Source: an uncultured Actinomycetes bacterium
Lineage (GTDB): Bacteria > Actinomycetota > Actinomycetes > S36-B12 > CAIYMF01
Direction: 5' to 3'
Length of the DNA stretch: 64,000 nucleotides
Assembly: GCA_963818445.1 (NCBI GenBank)
Contig: CAWFSG010000018.1
Location: 38,639-102,638, forward strand
Each line of letters begins with the position of its first letter. Positions within the stretch are counted from its first letter, which is position 1. The translations under genes and the position numbers were made by a program. Below, in pieces: positions 22,423 through 33,156 of this stretch. The notes beneath the pieces are model-generated. The model did not search any database. It had not been told where the DNA came from and saw nothing but the letters and a program-made list of their open reading frames with translations.

Positions 22423-22519
22423 AACAGCAGATTCTACCGCCGGTGTCCGGGGTCCCCCTCCCGGCCGATCGCCGGTGCCGGGCGGCGGCCAGTCGCGCGA
22501 TGCGCTGGGGACGCCCGGC

Positions 22520-23617
22520 TCAGGCTGCAGCCGCCCGCGTGACCCGCGCCTGGGCGACCCGCCAGTAGAGGAACGTCGCGACTCCCAGGCTCACCTGCGG
22601 GATCCAGGAGCAGGCACGCCACACCAGGGTGGAGGCCACCGCCTGCTCGTTGGTCAACCCGAACGTCGTGAGCAGGGCGATCAGGGCCGCGTCCACCGTG
22701 CCCAGCCCACCCGGGGTGACCGGGATCATGCTGGCCATCCGTGAGATCGCGAACGCGGCGAAGGCACCCGCCAGCGTCAACGTCGTCGGCTGGTCGCCGA
22801 GCACGCCCTGGATCGCGAACCAGAGGACGGCGAACTGCGCCACGATCACGATGTAGTTCGACACCGTGACCCAGCGCCAGCGGCCGAAGACCACGTCCTT
22901 GGTGCTGTCGCGCAGGTCGATGGCCATGCCGACGGCATCCAGCGGGTTCGCCCGCCGGCGGTTGACCGGCGCAAGCATGCGATTGCCGAGCTCCCCCACC
23001 TTGTGGGCCGACTGCTCGCTGCGCAGGATGAGCCACAGCACCACGATCGTGGCGACGGTGGCCGCCACGCCGGCCACGGCGACCCAGACCCACTGGGACT
23101 GCACCTGTCCGGTGGTCAATGCGGCGATCACCCCGAACACCGGCAGGGTGAGGGTCATCAGCAGGCTCCAGAGACTGGTCACCGCGATGCCTGCCGTCGC
23201 CGCGGCGACGGACACCGAGTAGCTGGAGAGCATCGCGAACTGGATCGCGAGGCCGAACGCACCGCCGGCCGGGATCGTGTTGCTGATCGTGAAGGAGGTC
23301 TGCCGGATCACGAACGCCGGCTTGTAGGGCAACCCCGGGATGGCCGCCTGATAGGGCCACACGTAGACGACCAGCATCACCAGGACGCTGACGCCGATGA
23401 GCGCGAGCGCCTCGGGCGTCATCCCCTGGATCTCGGCCCACGCGTCCTGGTAACTGCCGAACTTCGGGATGAGGCCGGCGAAGATGATCACCAGGACGAC
23501 GAGGGTGACGATCGCCCCGATGATCGTCTTGCGCTTGTCCAGGGCCGACGAGGCCTGGCTCGTGTCGACCGCCTTCAGCTGGCCCATGACTGCCGGGGCA
23601 ACCGCAGGCTCGTTCAC
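22520..23617 (-). CDS. flippase-like / lysylphosphatidylglycerol-synthase-TM-domain family membrane protein (UPF0104)
   Basis: About 8 hydrophobic segments and the C-terminal block IPVTPGGLGTVDAAL typical of this family. The start is GTG 23617 (GTGA overlap with the upstream ORF) or ATG 23587. Confidence 0.6.
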   Translation of the reverse strand: MNEPAVAPAVMGQLKAVDTSQASSALDKRKTIIGAIVTLVVLVIIFAGLIPKFGSYQDAWAEIQGMTPEALALIGVSVLVMLVVYVWPYQAAIPGLPYKPAFVIRQTSFTISNTIPAGGAFGLAIQFAMLSSYSVSVAAATAGIAVTSLWSLLMTLTLPVFGVIAALTTGQVQSQWVWVAVAGVAATVATIVVLWLILRSEQSAHKVGELGNRMLAPVNRRRANPLDAVGMAIDLRDSTKDVVFGRWRWVTVSNYIVIVAQFAVLWFAIQGVLGDQPTTLTLAGAFAAFAISRMASMIPVTPGGLGTVDAALIALLTTFGLTNEQAVASTLVWRACSWIPQVSLGVATFLYWRVAQARVTRAAAA

Positions 23618-23898
23618 AGCACTCCGCCGACGTACTTCGCCCCGGCGATCGCATCGATGGTCTGCGCCACGTCGAAGTGCGCCGACCCCGGGATCGTGGG
23701 CACGAAGCCGACGAGCATCCCGTCGGCCATCACCTGCGCCTCGAGTCCTGCTGCACCGTCGGCGTCCCAGAGCGCCTCGGCGCCGCCGGGGAGCACGATG
23801 CGCACGCACACGCGGTTCAGCGCCGGGCGATGCACGTTGGCGATGAATCCCCGCTCGTTGAGCGCAGCGACGACCTCTTCGACCTCAGCAGCTTCCAT
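23614..23898 (-). CDS. hypothetical 94-aa protein
   Basis: ATG at 23898, high third-position GC, and a stop overlapping the GTG of the downstream membrane-protein gene. I recognise no motif. Confidence 0.45.
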   Translation of the reverse strand: MEAAEVEEVVAALNERGFIANVHRPALNRVCVRIVLPGGAEALWDADGAAGLEAQVMADGMLVGFVPTIPGSAHFDVAQTIDAIAGAKYVGGVL

Positions 23899-23969
23899 GG
23901 ACACGAATCCTGACACGCACTCGGCCCTGGCGCCCCACGTCGCGGCCCGGCCACCGGTCGCGTCGCAGC

Positions 23970-24941
23970 TCAGGCGGCGTCCGCGGCCCCGCTGACGACG
24001 TGCCGATAGTGCGCGACCGTGGTGCTGACCGCCTCGGCCATCGGCGTGGAGGTGAAGTCCGGGAACCGCGCGCGGAAGTCGGCATCGTCGACCAGGAACG
24101 GCTCGGTCCACTGGTAGGCCAGGGGCAGGGACTCGCGCGAGATCCGGTGGAACGGTGCGGCCAGCCGAAGCATCCGGGTGCTGACCACTGCGGTGGCGCG
24201 CGGCTCGGGCAGCGCGGCGTTGACCAGGCCGAGGAACTGCGCGCCGGTGACCGCCGGGGCGTGCGGCAGGTGCCAGATCCGGCCCGCGGTGTCCGGTGCG
24301 GTGCCCAGGGCAACGAAGGCGTGGGCGACATCGGGCATGTAGGCGCACGAGTGCGGGGCGTCCATGGAGCCCATCCAGCGCAGCTTGCCCCGTCCGGCCA
24401 CCGGCTCGATCGCCAGCGCGGTGATCCCGGAGTTGTCCGCGTACGGACCGAAGTAGTCCGAGGCCCGGCCGATCACGACCTCGATCCGGCCGGCAGCGTG
24501 CGCGGCGAGCAGCTCCTCGGCCATCCGCGCCCGGGTCATCCCCTTGACGTCGGTGGCCCGCTGCGGGGTCAGCTCGGTCATCGGGCTCGAGCCCGGGCCG
24601 TAGGCGTACAGGTTGTCGACCATGACCAGGCGCCGCACACCGGCGCCCTCGGCCGCGTCGACGACCCGCTGCATCATCGCCGGGAACTCCTGCGGCCAGC
24701 GGTGGTAGGCGGGCTGCGCCGCCATGTAGGCGACATCTGCCCCGCCGAGCGCGGCGCGAAGGCCCTCCGGTGAGGCGGCATCCGCGGTGCGCCAGTCGAC
24801 TCCCGCCGGTGCGGCCGCGCCGGGGCCGGAGCGGTTGACACCCCTGGCATGCAGGCCTGCAGAGACCAGGGCGGTCAGGATGGCGGAACCGGCGGCACCC
24901 GAGGCACCGAGGACAACGTGCGTGCTCGTCTGTGTGGTCAT
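23970..24941 (-). CDS. NAD(P)-binding epimerase/NmrA-like SDR family protein
   Basis: 323 aa from ATG 24941 with the Rossmann motif VLGASGAAGSAI. It is divergent from a TetR gene. Confidence 0.7.
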   Translation of the reverse strand: MTTQTSTHVVLGASGAAGSAILTALVSAGLHARGVNRSGPGAAAPAGVDWRTADAASPEGLRAALGGADVAYMAAQPAYHRWPQEFPAMMQRVVDAAEGAGVRRLVMVDNLYAYGPGSSPMTELTPQRATDVKGMTRARMAEELLAAHAAGRIEVVIGRASDYFGPYADNSGITALAIEPVAGRGKLRWMGSMDAPHSCAYMPDVAHAFVALGTAPDTAGRIWHLPHAPAVTGAQFLGLVNAALPEPRATAVVSTRMLRLAAPFHRISRESLPLAYQWTEPFLVDDADFRARFPDFTSTPMAEAVSTTVAHYRHVVSGAADAA

Positions 24942-24954
24942 GGCCCCACCATAC

Positions 24955-24988
24955 GCGAACATCGTTCGCATTGCAATAGGTGTTCGCA
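24955..24988. promoter_or_regulatory. candidate TetR operator: GCGAAC-atc-GTTCGC palindrome plus a third GTTCGC half-site
   Basis: The perfect 6-3-6 inverted repeat at 24955..24969 and another GTTCGC at 24983..24988 lie in the 77-nt, locally AT-richer divergent SDR/TetR intergenic region. Confidence 0.35.
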
Positions 24989-25018
24989 CATTCGGCCTGG
25001 ACCCGCTACCGTGGCGAC

Positions 25019-25778
25019 ATGTCCACCCGTCGCGAACTGACCCGAACGGCCACCATCGCCCAGATCAAGCAGGCTGCCCTCGACCAGATCGAGCACGAGG
25101 GCGCCCCCGCCCTGTCCATCCGCGGCGTCGCGCGTGCGATCGGGATGAGCCCGGCCGGGCTCTACCGCTACTACGACGGCCGCGACGCCCTGCTGACCGA
25201 CCTGCTGACCGACGCCTACCGGGACCTCGCCCGGGGCGTGGCCGCAGCGGCAGGGCTGCCGATCGCGCCACCCAGCGCGGAGCCGGGCGGGTCCGTTCCT
25301 GATGTGGAGGACCCGATCGCCGCGATGCGCAGCGCCATCGAGGCCTATCGCGGGTGGGCCGTCACCAACAGGTCACGCTTCCTGCTGATCTTCGGCACGC
25401 CAGTACCCGGGTACTCCGCCCCGGAGGACGGCCCGACTGTGGAGGCCAACCGCCAGATGGGCCAGGTGTTCTTCACGCTCGCTGCGCTGGGTTGGGCCCA
25501 CGGGCGGATCGCACGCACCGGCGGCTGACCCCGGGACCGGCCAGCTCACACCGGCTGAGGCCGACCTCCACGCCCAGCTCAGCGCCATGGCCCCCGGGTT
25601 CCCGGCGGACCTCATCCCCCAGATGCTGGCCGGCTGGGCCCTGTGGCACGGGTTGGTCACCCTCGAGGTCACCGGCCAGTTGGACTGGATCTACCCGGAC
25701 TCGGCGCGCTTCTACACCGAGCGGATGACCCAGTGGCTCGACGGGTTCACCGGCGGGACCGCCGAGCCGCCCCCCTGA
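25019..25778 (+). pseudogene. TetR family transcriptional regulator with one frame break
   Basis: The N-terminal HTH (ALSIRGVARAIGMSPAGLYRYYDGRDALL) runs in frame to a stop at 25528. The C-terminal ligand-domain end (LAGWALWHGLVTLEVTGQLDW) continues in another frame to 25778. That second frame is open back to ~25500. Confidence 0.7.
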
Positions 25779-25783
25779 ACCCC

Positions 25784-28129
25784 CTAGTCCCGAGGCTCGG
25801 CCAGGGCATCGGCCACGGCCTCAGCGACCGCCTCGGCCAGCTCCGAATCGAGCGGATCCCCGTGCCTGTCGACCAGGTAGAACACGTCCACGACCTCCGA
25901 GCCGAGGGTGGAGACCCTGGCGGCGGCGATGTCGGTGCCCGTGGCGGCGATGGCCGTACCCACGCGGTGCAGCAGGCCCGGGGCGTCATGGGCGCGCACC
26001 TCCATCACCGTGGCCCTGCTCGAGGCCCCGGCCACGATCTCCACCCGGGGGGGCGCCGCTGAGGGGGCATCGGTGGGTCGCGCAGCCTCGTCACGGCGGG
26101 CCAGACGCGCGGCCACGTCGAACTGGCCGAGGATGGCGCGGCGGATGTCCTCCCGGAGACGGTCCACCGCGGGTGGGTCACCGAACAGCGGGTTGACCCC
26201 CCACACCTCGATGGCCCGGTCCCCCACGACGGTGGTCACCGCGGAGCGGACCTCCAGCCGGTGCATCGAGAGGATCCCGGCCACAAGGCCCAGGAGGCCC
26301 AGCGAGTCCGGCGCCCCGACCGTGATGTCGAAGCCCGATTCGTTCTCCTGCAGCAGCACCCGCACGCCCTCCCCCGACGCCATCGCCATCTGGTCCTCGG
26401 ACAGCCGGGGCTCGACGGGGACCTCCTCGCCCGCCAACTGGCCACGGACGCGATCCACGAGCTCGGTCACCAGGGATTGCTTCCACGTCGTCCACGCCAA
26501 TGGCCCGGTGGCCAGCGCATCGGCCTTCGTGAGTGCCGCGAGGAGTTCGAGCATCTCGGCAGTCCCGACAGCCTGCACCACGGTGTCGATCGTCTGCGGA
26601 TCATCGAGGTCGCGCCGCGTGGCCGTGTCGGGCAGCAGGAGGTGGTATCGGCACATCTCGACCAGCACGCGGGAGTCCTCCGACCCGAAGCCGAGGTGCT
26701 CCGCGATCTCCGGTATCAGGCTCACACCGACGTCGGTGTGGTCCTGGCCGGGGCGGCCCTTGCCGATGTCGTGCAGGAGGGCACCCACGAGCAGGAGGTC
26801 GGGGCGGTGGACGTCGCGGGTGTACGCGCACGCCTGAACGGCTGCCTCGAGCAGGTGCCGGTCGACCGTGTAGCGATGCACGGGGTTGTGCTGCGGGGCT
26901 GAGCGGACGACATCCCAGTACGGGATGAGCGCGGTGATGACCCCGGCCTGGTCCAGGGACTCCCATACCGGGACCGCGCTGCGTCCGGCGCCCAGCAGCG
27001 ACACCAGCGCGTCCCGGGCCGGAGCGGGCCACGGCACCGGCATCGGCGCGGACTCGGCGGCCAGGCGGGCCACGGCGTGCCGGCTGAGCAGCGTGCCGGA
27101 CTGGGCTGCGGCGGCCGCCGCCCGGAGGATGAGCGTGGGGTCGCGGTCGGGCCGGGCGTCGGCGGCCAGGACGGCCTCCCCGTCCTGCAGGACGACGCCG
27201 TCGGCCAGGGGGCTGCGCGCGGGACCGCGCTTGGTCAGCCGCTTGAAGCCCAGCTTCGGGCGCGAGCGGACGATCCGGTCCACCGCGTGCCAGGTGACAT
27301 CCGAGGCGACCCCGATCGAGCGTCCGGCCGCGGACACGTCCCGGAGCAGTGCGTCGGCATCCACCATGTCCAGCACCTGGGCGACGGGTCCCTGCTCCTG
27401 CTTGGCCAGGCGATCGGTGGGTCGGCTCGCCACGCGGTGCAGGGCGTCACGCACGTCGAGCAGCAGCTCCTTGGCGGGGGCGAGCTCGCCATGCGGGGCG
27501 TCGGTCACCCAGGACGCGGCGACCGCCCGCAGGACCGTGAGGTCGCGCAGGCCACCGTAGGACTCCTTGATGTCGGGCTCGAGCAGGTGGGCCAGCTCAC
27601 CGCTGCTGGCCATCCTCTCGCGGACGGACGCGTGCAGGTCCGGCAGCCTGCGGGGAGCCAGCGCGCGCCAGTCGGCCAGGACGGAGGTCTTCAGCGCGCT
27701 GGTCGCCGCCTGGTCACCGGCAACGGTCCGGGCGTCCAGGAGCCCAAGGACGACCTTGATGTCGGCGGCGGCCACCCGACGGGCCTCCGAGACGGTGCGC
27801 ACCGAGTGGTCCAGCCGCAGCCCGGAGTCCCAGATCGGGTACCAGAGCCGATCAGCGACTTCAGCGATCGTCCCTCCCGGGTGCAGGAGGACGAGGTCCA
27901 GGTCGCTGCCGGCGCTGAGCTCACCTCGACCGTAGCCGCCCACGGCCACGAGGGTGGCCCCCGCCTGGGCAGCTCCGGAGGCCTCGAACAACTCGATGAG
28001 CCACTCGTCGGTGAGGGCCGTCAGCGCCATCCGGGCATGCCTGCCGGGCCTGCCCTGGGCGGCGAGCAGGTCCGCGCGTGCCGCCAGGAACCTGTTGCCG
28101 GGTGAGAGCTCGGACGTGGTTGCGGACAT
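25784..28129 (-). CDS. glnD: [protein-PII] uridylyl/adenylyl-transferase GlnD
   Basis: 781 aa with a nucleotidyltransferase domain (GGYGRGELSAGSDLDL), an HD domain (LLHDIGKG) and two C-terminal ACT-like domains. It is the third gene of the amt-glnK-glnD operon. Confidence 0.9.
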   Translation of the reverse strand: MSATTSELSPGNRFLAARADLLAAQGRPGRHARMALTALTDEWLIELFEASGAAQAGATLVAVGGYGRGELSAGSDLDLVLLHPGGTIAEVADRLWYPIWDSGLRLDHSVRTVSEARRVAAADIKVVLGLLDARTVAGDQAATSALKTSVLADWRALAPRRLPDLHASVRERMASSGELAHLLEPDIKESYGGLRDLTVLRAVAASWVTDAPHGELAPAKELLLDVRDALHRVASRPTDRLAKQEQGPVAQVLDMVDADALLRDVSAAGRSIGVASDVTWHAVDRIVRSRPKLGFKRLTKRGPARSPLADGVVLQDGEAVLAADARPDRDPTLILRAAAAAAQSGTLLSRHAVARLAAESAPMPVPWPAPARDALVSLLGAGRSAVPVWESLDQAGVITALIPYWDVVRSAPQHNPVHRYTVDRHLLEAAVQACAYTRDVHRPDLLLVGALLHDIGKGRPGQDHTDVGVSLIPEIAEHLGFGSEDSRVLVEMCRYHLLLPDTATRRDLDDPQTIDTVVQAVGTAEMLELLAALTKADALATGPLAWTTWKQSLVTELVDRVRGQLAGEEVPVEPRLSEDQMAMASGEGVRVLLQENESGFDITVGAPDSLGLLGLVAGILSMHRLEVRSAVTTVVGDRAIEVWGVNPLFGDPPAVDRLREDIRRAILGQFDVAARLARRDEAARPTDAPSAAPPRVEIVAGASSRATVMEVRAHDAPGLLHRVGTAIAATGTDIAAARVSTLGSEVVDVFYLVDRHGDPLDSELAEAVAEAVADALAEPRD

Positions 28130-28216
28130 GGGGTCCTCTCTGGGACGGAGGTGCTGGGAATGGGACGATCCGCCGCCCAGGCCGGGCGACGGATCGTCTC
28201 ATCTGCCGGGGACCTG

Positions 28217-29895
<1,679 letters not shown>

Positions 29896-29977
29896 TCCCT
29901 TTCGTGGATGTCCTGACCCCAGTCGGGGTCTTGGATGAGAGGTTCCACGGGCCGTGTTGCGCGTCGCGCCCGTCGGT

Positions 29978-30024
29978 GTTTCCGGGCGGTGACGAAGGGG
30001 CGCCCTGCGTTACGAACAGGTTGC
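29978..30024 (-). promoter_or_regulatory. candidate GlnR-type operator upstream of amt
   Basis: The minus strand reads GCAAC-n6-GTAAC-n15-GTCAC-n6-GAAAC, ~82 nt upstream of the amt start. GTCAC-n6-GAAAC matches the actinobacterial GlnR box consensus gTnAc-n6-GaAAc. Confidence 0.35.
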
Positions 30025-30136
30025 GGGCAGCGGGGGGACGTGGCCCGCAGCCTGGCCGGATCCGCGAGTGGATCCCGCCCCTCGAGCAGGCGGACGCGTC
30101 CCGCACCCACGCCGAGCGCCGGTCTACGCTGCGGGA

Positions 30137-31855
30137 ATGAGCGACCTGACCCCAGACTCACCCACCGCAGCGTCCGCCGGGCGAGATGCCCTCGCCGCCT
30201 GGCTCGAGGCTCAGCCCAGCGACTTGTTCGCCGACGACAAGGACCTCGCGGCCCTGGTCTCCCACCACGGGCTCGGCACCCGCCTGCCGGCCCTGCACGC
30301 CGCCGGGCGGGCCGTCGCAGGCCCCCTGGATGCCGCCGCGCGCCGGAACGACCTGCCGGGCAACCACCCGCTGCTCGAGGACTGGGACGGGATCGGCCGG
30401 TACACAGCTGGGGTGGCCCACCACCCCAGCCATCGCGACGCGGGCAGGGCGATCTACGGCACCGGCGTGATGACCGCCTACGGCGAGGTCGGCGTCGACG
30501 GGCGTGCGGGCGGCAGCTCCCCACGCCGTCCCGTCTCACCCGCGCCGCAGCGCTTCATCCTCACGCTGTTCTACCTGACGGCCCAGGCCGGTGAGGCCGG
30601 CCACAACTGCCCCTTGGCCTGCGACGCGGGGGCGATCCGCACCCTGCAGCACCTGGGCACCGCCGAGCAGCAATCTGCCTACCTGCCCGGGCTGCTGGAC
30701 CCGGACTTCGACACCAACCTCACGGCCTCGCAGTTCCTCACCGAGGTCCAGGGCGGCTCCGACGTCGGCGCCAACGCGGTGGTGGCGACGCCCGTGGGCG
30801 ATCACGACGGCGGGCCGGGCTCCTCGTGGACGATCCGCGGCGAGAAGTGGTTCTGCTCCAACACGGATGCCGATGTGTTCCTCTTGACCGCTCGCGTGGA
30901 CGAGCCGCGCACGGGCACGAAGGGCCTGGGCCTGTTCCTGATCCCCCGCCTCGGGCCCGACGGGACACCGAACGGGTTCCGGATCCGGCGCCTGAAGACC
31001 AAGCTCGGGACCCGATCGATGGCCAGCGGGGAGATCGACTTCACGGATGCCCAGGCCACCGCGCTCGGCCCGGTCAGTGAGGGCTTCCGCAACGTCATGG
31101 AGCTGGTGATCACCACCTCGCGGCTGTTCAACGCGGCTGGGTGTGCAGCACATGCCCGCCGGGCCTGGGTGGTGGCCTCGACCTACGCCGCGCACCGCAC
31201 CGCGTTCGGCCGGCCCATCGGGGAGTTCCCCCTGGTCGCCGAGACCCTGGCGTGGATCCGGTCCGACGCCGTGGCCTGCCTGGCCTCGACCCTCCTGCTC
31301 GCCGGGCTGCAGGAGCAGGTCGACGACGGGTCGATCAGCGCCACCGACTCAGCCTTCTTCCGCGTGGCGGTCAACCTCAACAAGCTGCAGACCTCGGTGC
31401 TGGCACATGACGCGGTGAACCGCGGCATCGAGGTGCTGGGCGGCAACGGCGCGATCGAGACCTTCAGCGTGCTGCCGCGGCTGCTGCGCGACAACGTGGT
31501 CTACGAGAACTGGGAGGGCAGCCACAACGTGCTGCGCGCCCAGGTGCTGCGTGACTGCGCGCGCCTGGGGGTGCACGAGGGCTTCTTCGACGCCCTCGCC
31601 GAACGACTGGGCGACGAGCATGCCGACGCCCTCGCCGCGGACCGCGCAGCGTTCTCCGCGCTGCTGGATGCACCGGACGCCGTGCGCGACCTGCAGTTCC
31701 GTCGTCTCGGCACCCGCATGGCGACCTGGGTGATGCTGGCCGCCATGGCGCCGATTCCCGAGTTCGGCGCCGCCGGACTGCTCACGCAGCGACACCTGCA
31801 CGAGCTGCCGATCGACGACGCCTACCTCGCGGCAGTCCGGGCCCTGCAGCGCTGA
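30137..31855 (+). CDS. AidB-like acyl-CoA dehydrogenase family protein
   Basis: 572 aa from ATG 30137, with ACAD middle and C-terminal blocks (FLTEVQGGSDVGAN, EKWFCSN, GGNGAIE). Confidence 0.75.
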   Translation: MSDLTPDSPTAASAGRDALAAWLEAQPSDLFADDKDLAALVSHHGLGTRLPALHAAGRAVAGPLDAAARRNDLPGNHPLLEDWDGIGRYTAGVAHHPSHRDAGRAIYGTGVMTAYGEVGVDGRAGGSSPRRPVSPAPQRFILTLFYLTAQAGEAGHNCPLACDAGAIRTLQHLGTAEQQSAYLPGLLDPDFDTNLTASQFLTEVQGGSDVGANAVVATPVGDHDGGPGSSWTIRGEKWFCSNTDADVFLLTARVDEPRTGTKGLGLFLIPRLGPDGTPNGFRIRRLKTKLGTRSMASGEIDFTDAQATALGPVSEGFRNVMELVITTSRLFNAAGCAAHARRAWVVASTYAAHRTAFGRPIGEFPLVAETLAWIRSDAVACLASTLLLAGLQEQVDDGSISATDSAFFRVAVNLNKLQTSVLAHDAVNRGIEVLGGNGAIETFSVLPRLLRDNVVYENWEGSHNVLRAQVLRDCARLGVHEGFFDALAERLGDEHADALAADRAAFSALLDAPDAVRDLQFRRLGTRMATWVMLAAMAPIPEFGAAGLLTQRHLHELPIDDAYLAAVRALQR

Positions 31856-31863
31856 GCCGTCTC

Positions 31864-32994
31864 TCAGGCGTCGAGCAGGGCGTTGACGAAGTCCTCGGGC
31901 ACGAACGGGGCGAGGTCGTCGGGGCCCTCACCGAGGCCGACGAGCTTGACCGGGACGCCGAGCTCCCGCTGCACGGCCACGACGATCCCGCCCTTGGCCG
32001 TGCCGTCGAGCTTCGTGAGCACCAGGCCCGTGACGTCCACGACCTCGCTGAAGACACGCGCCTGAGTGAGGCCGTTCTGGCCGGTGGTGGCATCGAGCAC
32101 GAGCAGCACCTCGTCGACGGGCGCCTGCTTCTCGATGACCCGCTTGACCTTGCCCAGCTCGTCCATGAGCCCGACCTTGGTGTGCAGCCGGCCAGCGGTG
32201 TCGATCAGGACGGCGTCGGCCTCGGACTCCATGCCGATACGGACCGCGTCGAAGGCCACCGAGGCGGGGTCGCCGCCGGCCGGGCCGCGCACGACGGTCG
32301 CGCCGACCCGGTCGCCCCAGGATTGGAGCTGGTCAGCGGCCGCGGCGCGGAACGTGTCGGCGGCCCCGAGCACCACGTGCTGGTCATCGGCGATCAGCAC
32401 GCGGGCGAGCTTGCCGGTGGTGGTCGTCTTGCCGGTGCCGTTGACGCCCACCACCAGGATGATCGCTGGGTGGCCCTCGCGACGGCGGGCGAGCGTGCGG
32501 TCCATGGTCGGGTCGACCAGGGCCAGCAGCTCCTCGCCCAGCATGGCGCGCACGCGGGCCGGGTCGCCGGTGCCCTCGACGCGGACGCGTGTGCGCAGGC
32601 GCTCGACCAGCTCAGTGGTCGGGGCGACGCCGAGGTCGGCCTGCAGCAGCAGGGTCTCCACGTCCTCCCAGTCCTGCTCAGAGATCGAGTCGCTGGACAG
32701 CAGGGCGAGCAGGCCCTTGCCCAGCACGCTCTGGCTGCGGGCCAGGCGCGCACGCAGCCGGACCAGGCGACCCGCTGTGGGGGCCGGAACCTCGAGCCCG
32801 GGGAGGGTCGGCCCGGCAGGGATCGTCGGGGCGGGCGGGGTGAGGGTGCCGGTGCCTGCGTCGAGGGTCGGGGCGGTGGGAGCCGACACCTGCGGCGGGG
32901 TGCGGCGCCGGCTGCGGACGAGGGCGACGCCGCCCACGACCACCAGCAGGAACACCGCGAGGGAGATCAGGATGTAGGGAAGTGCGTCTTGCAC
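31864..32994 (-). CDS. ftsY: signal recognition particle receptor FtsY
   Basis: 376 aa with an N-terminal TM/Pro-rich region and an NG domain (GVNGTGKTTT, DTAGR, TKLDGTAKGG). Confidence 0.9.
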   Translation of the reverse strand: MQDALPYILISLAVFLLVVVGGVALVRSRRRTPPQVSAPTAPTLDAGTGTLTPPAPTIPAGPTLPGLEVPAPTAGRLVRLRARLARSQSVLGKGLLALLSSDSISEQDWEDVETLLLQADLGVAPTTELVERLRTRVRVEGTGDPARVRAMLGEELLALVDPTMDRTLARRREGHPAIILVVGVNGTGKTTTTGKLARVLIADDQHVVLGAADTFRAAAADQLQSWGDRVGATVVRGPAGGDPASVAFDAVRIGMESEADAVLIDTAGRLHTKVGLMDELGKVKRVIEKQAPVDEVLLVLDATTGQNGLTQARVFSEVVDVTGLVLTKLDGTAKGGIVVAVQRELGVPVKLVGLGEGPDDLAPFVPEDFVNALLDA

Positions 32995-33105
32995 GGGTCA
33001 CGCCTAACGGTCGGGGACGACGGGTCCAGATGGCCTCCGGACAGAGCACCATTGTCCCAGAGCGTTCGGGTGCCGGTGCCCGTCCTGGGCGACCAGCGCG
33101 ATGGT

Positions 33106-33144
33106 GTGCACGGAATCGACCATCCGATCGTCGATTCCGTGCAC
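33106..33144 (-). terminator. smc terminator hairpin (15-bp perfect stem GTGCACGGAATCGAC / GTCGATTCCGTGCAC, 9-nt loop)
   Basis: Read directly in the sequence. It starts 13 nt after the smc stop codon. Confidence 0.6.
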
Positions 33145-33156
33145 AGCGCGTGCGAG

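Noticed and set aside
30137-31855. AidB-like acyl-CoA dehydrogenase on the opposite strand between amt and ftsY as a sign of a horizontally acquired island
   Set aside because: It is a single gene with the same GC content and codon style as its neighbours, with no flanking repeats or mobility genes. It is most likely an ordinary lineage-specific insertion.
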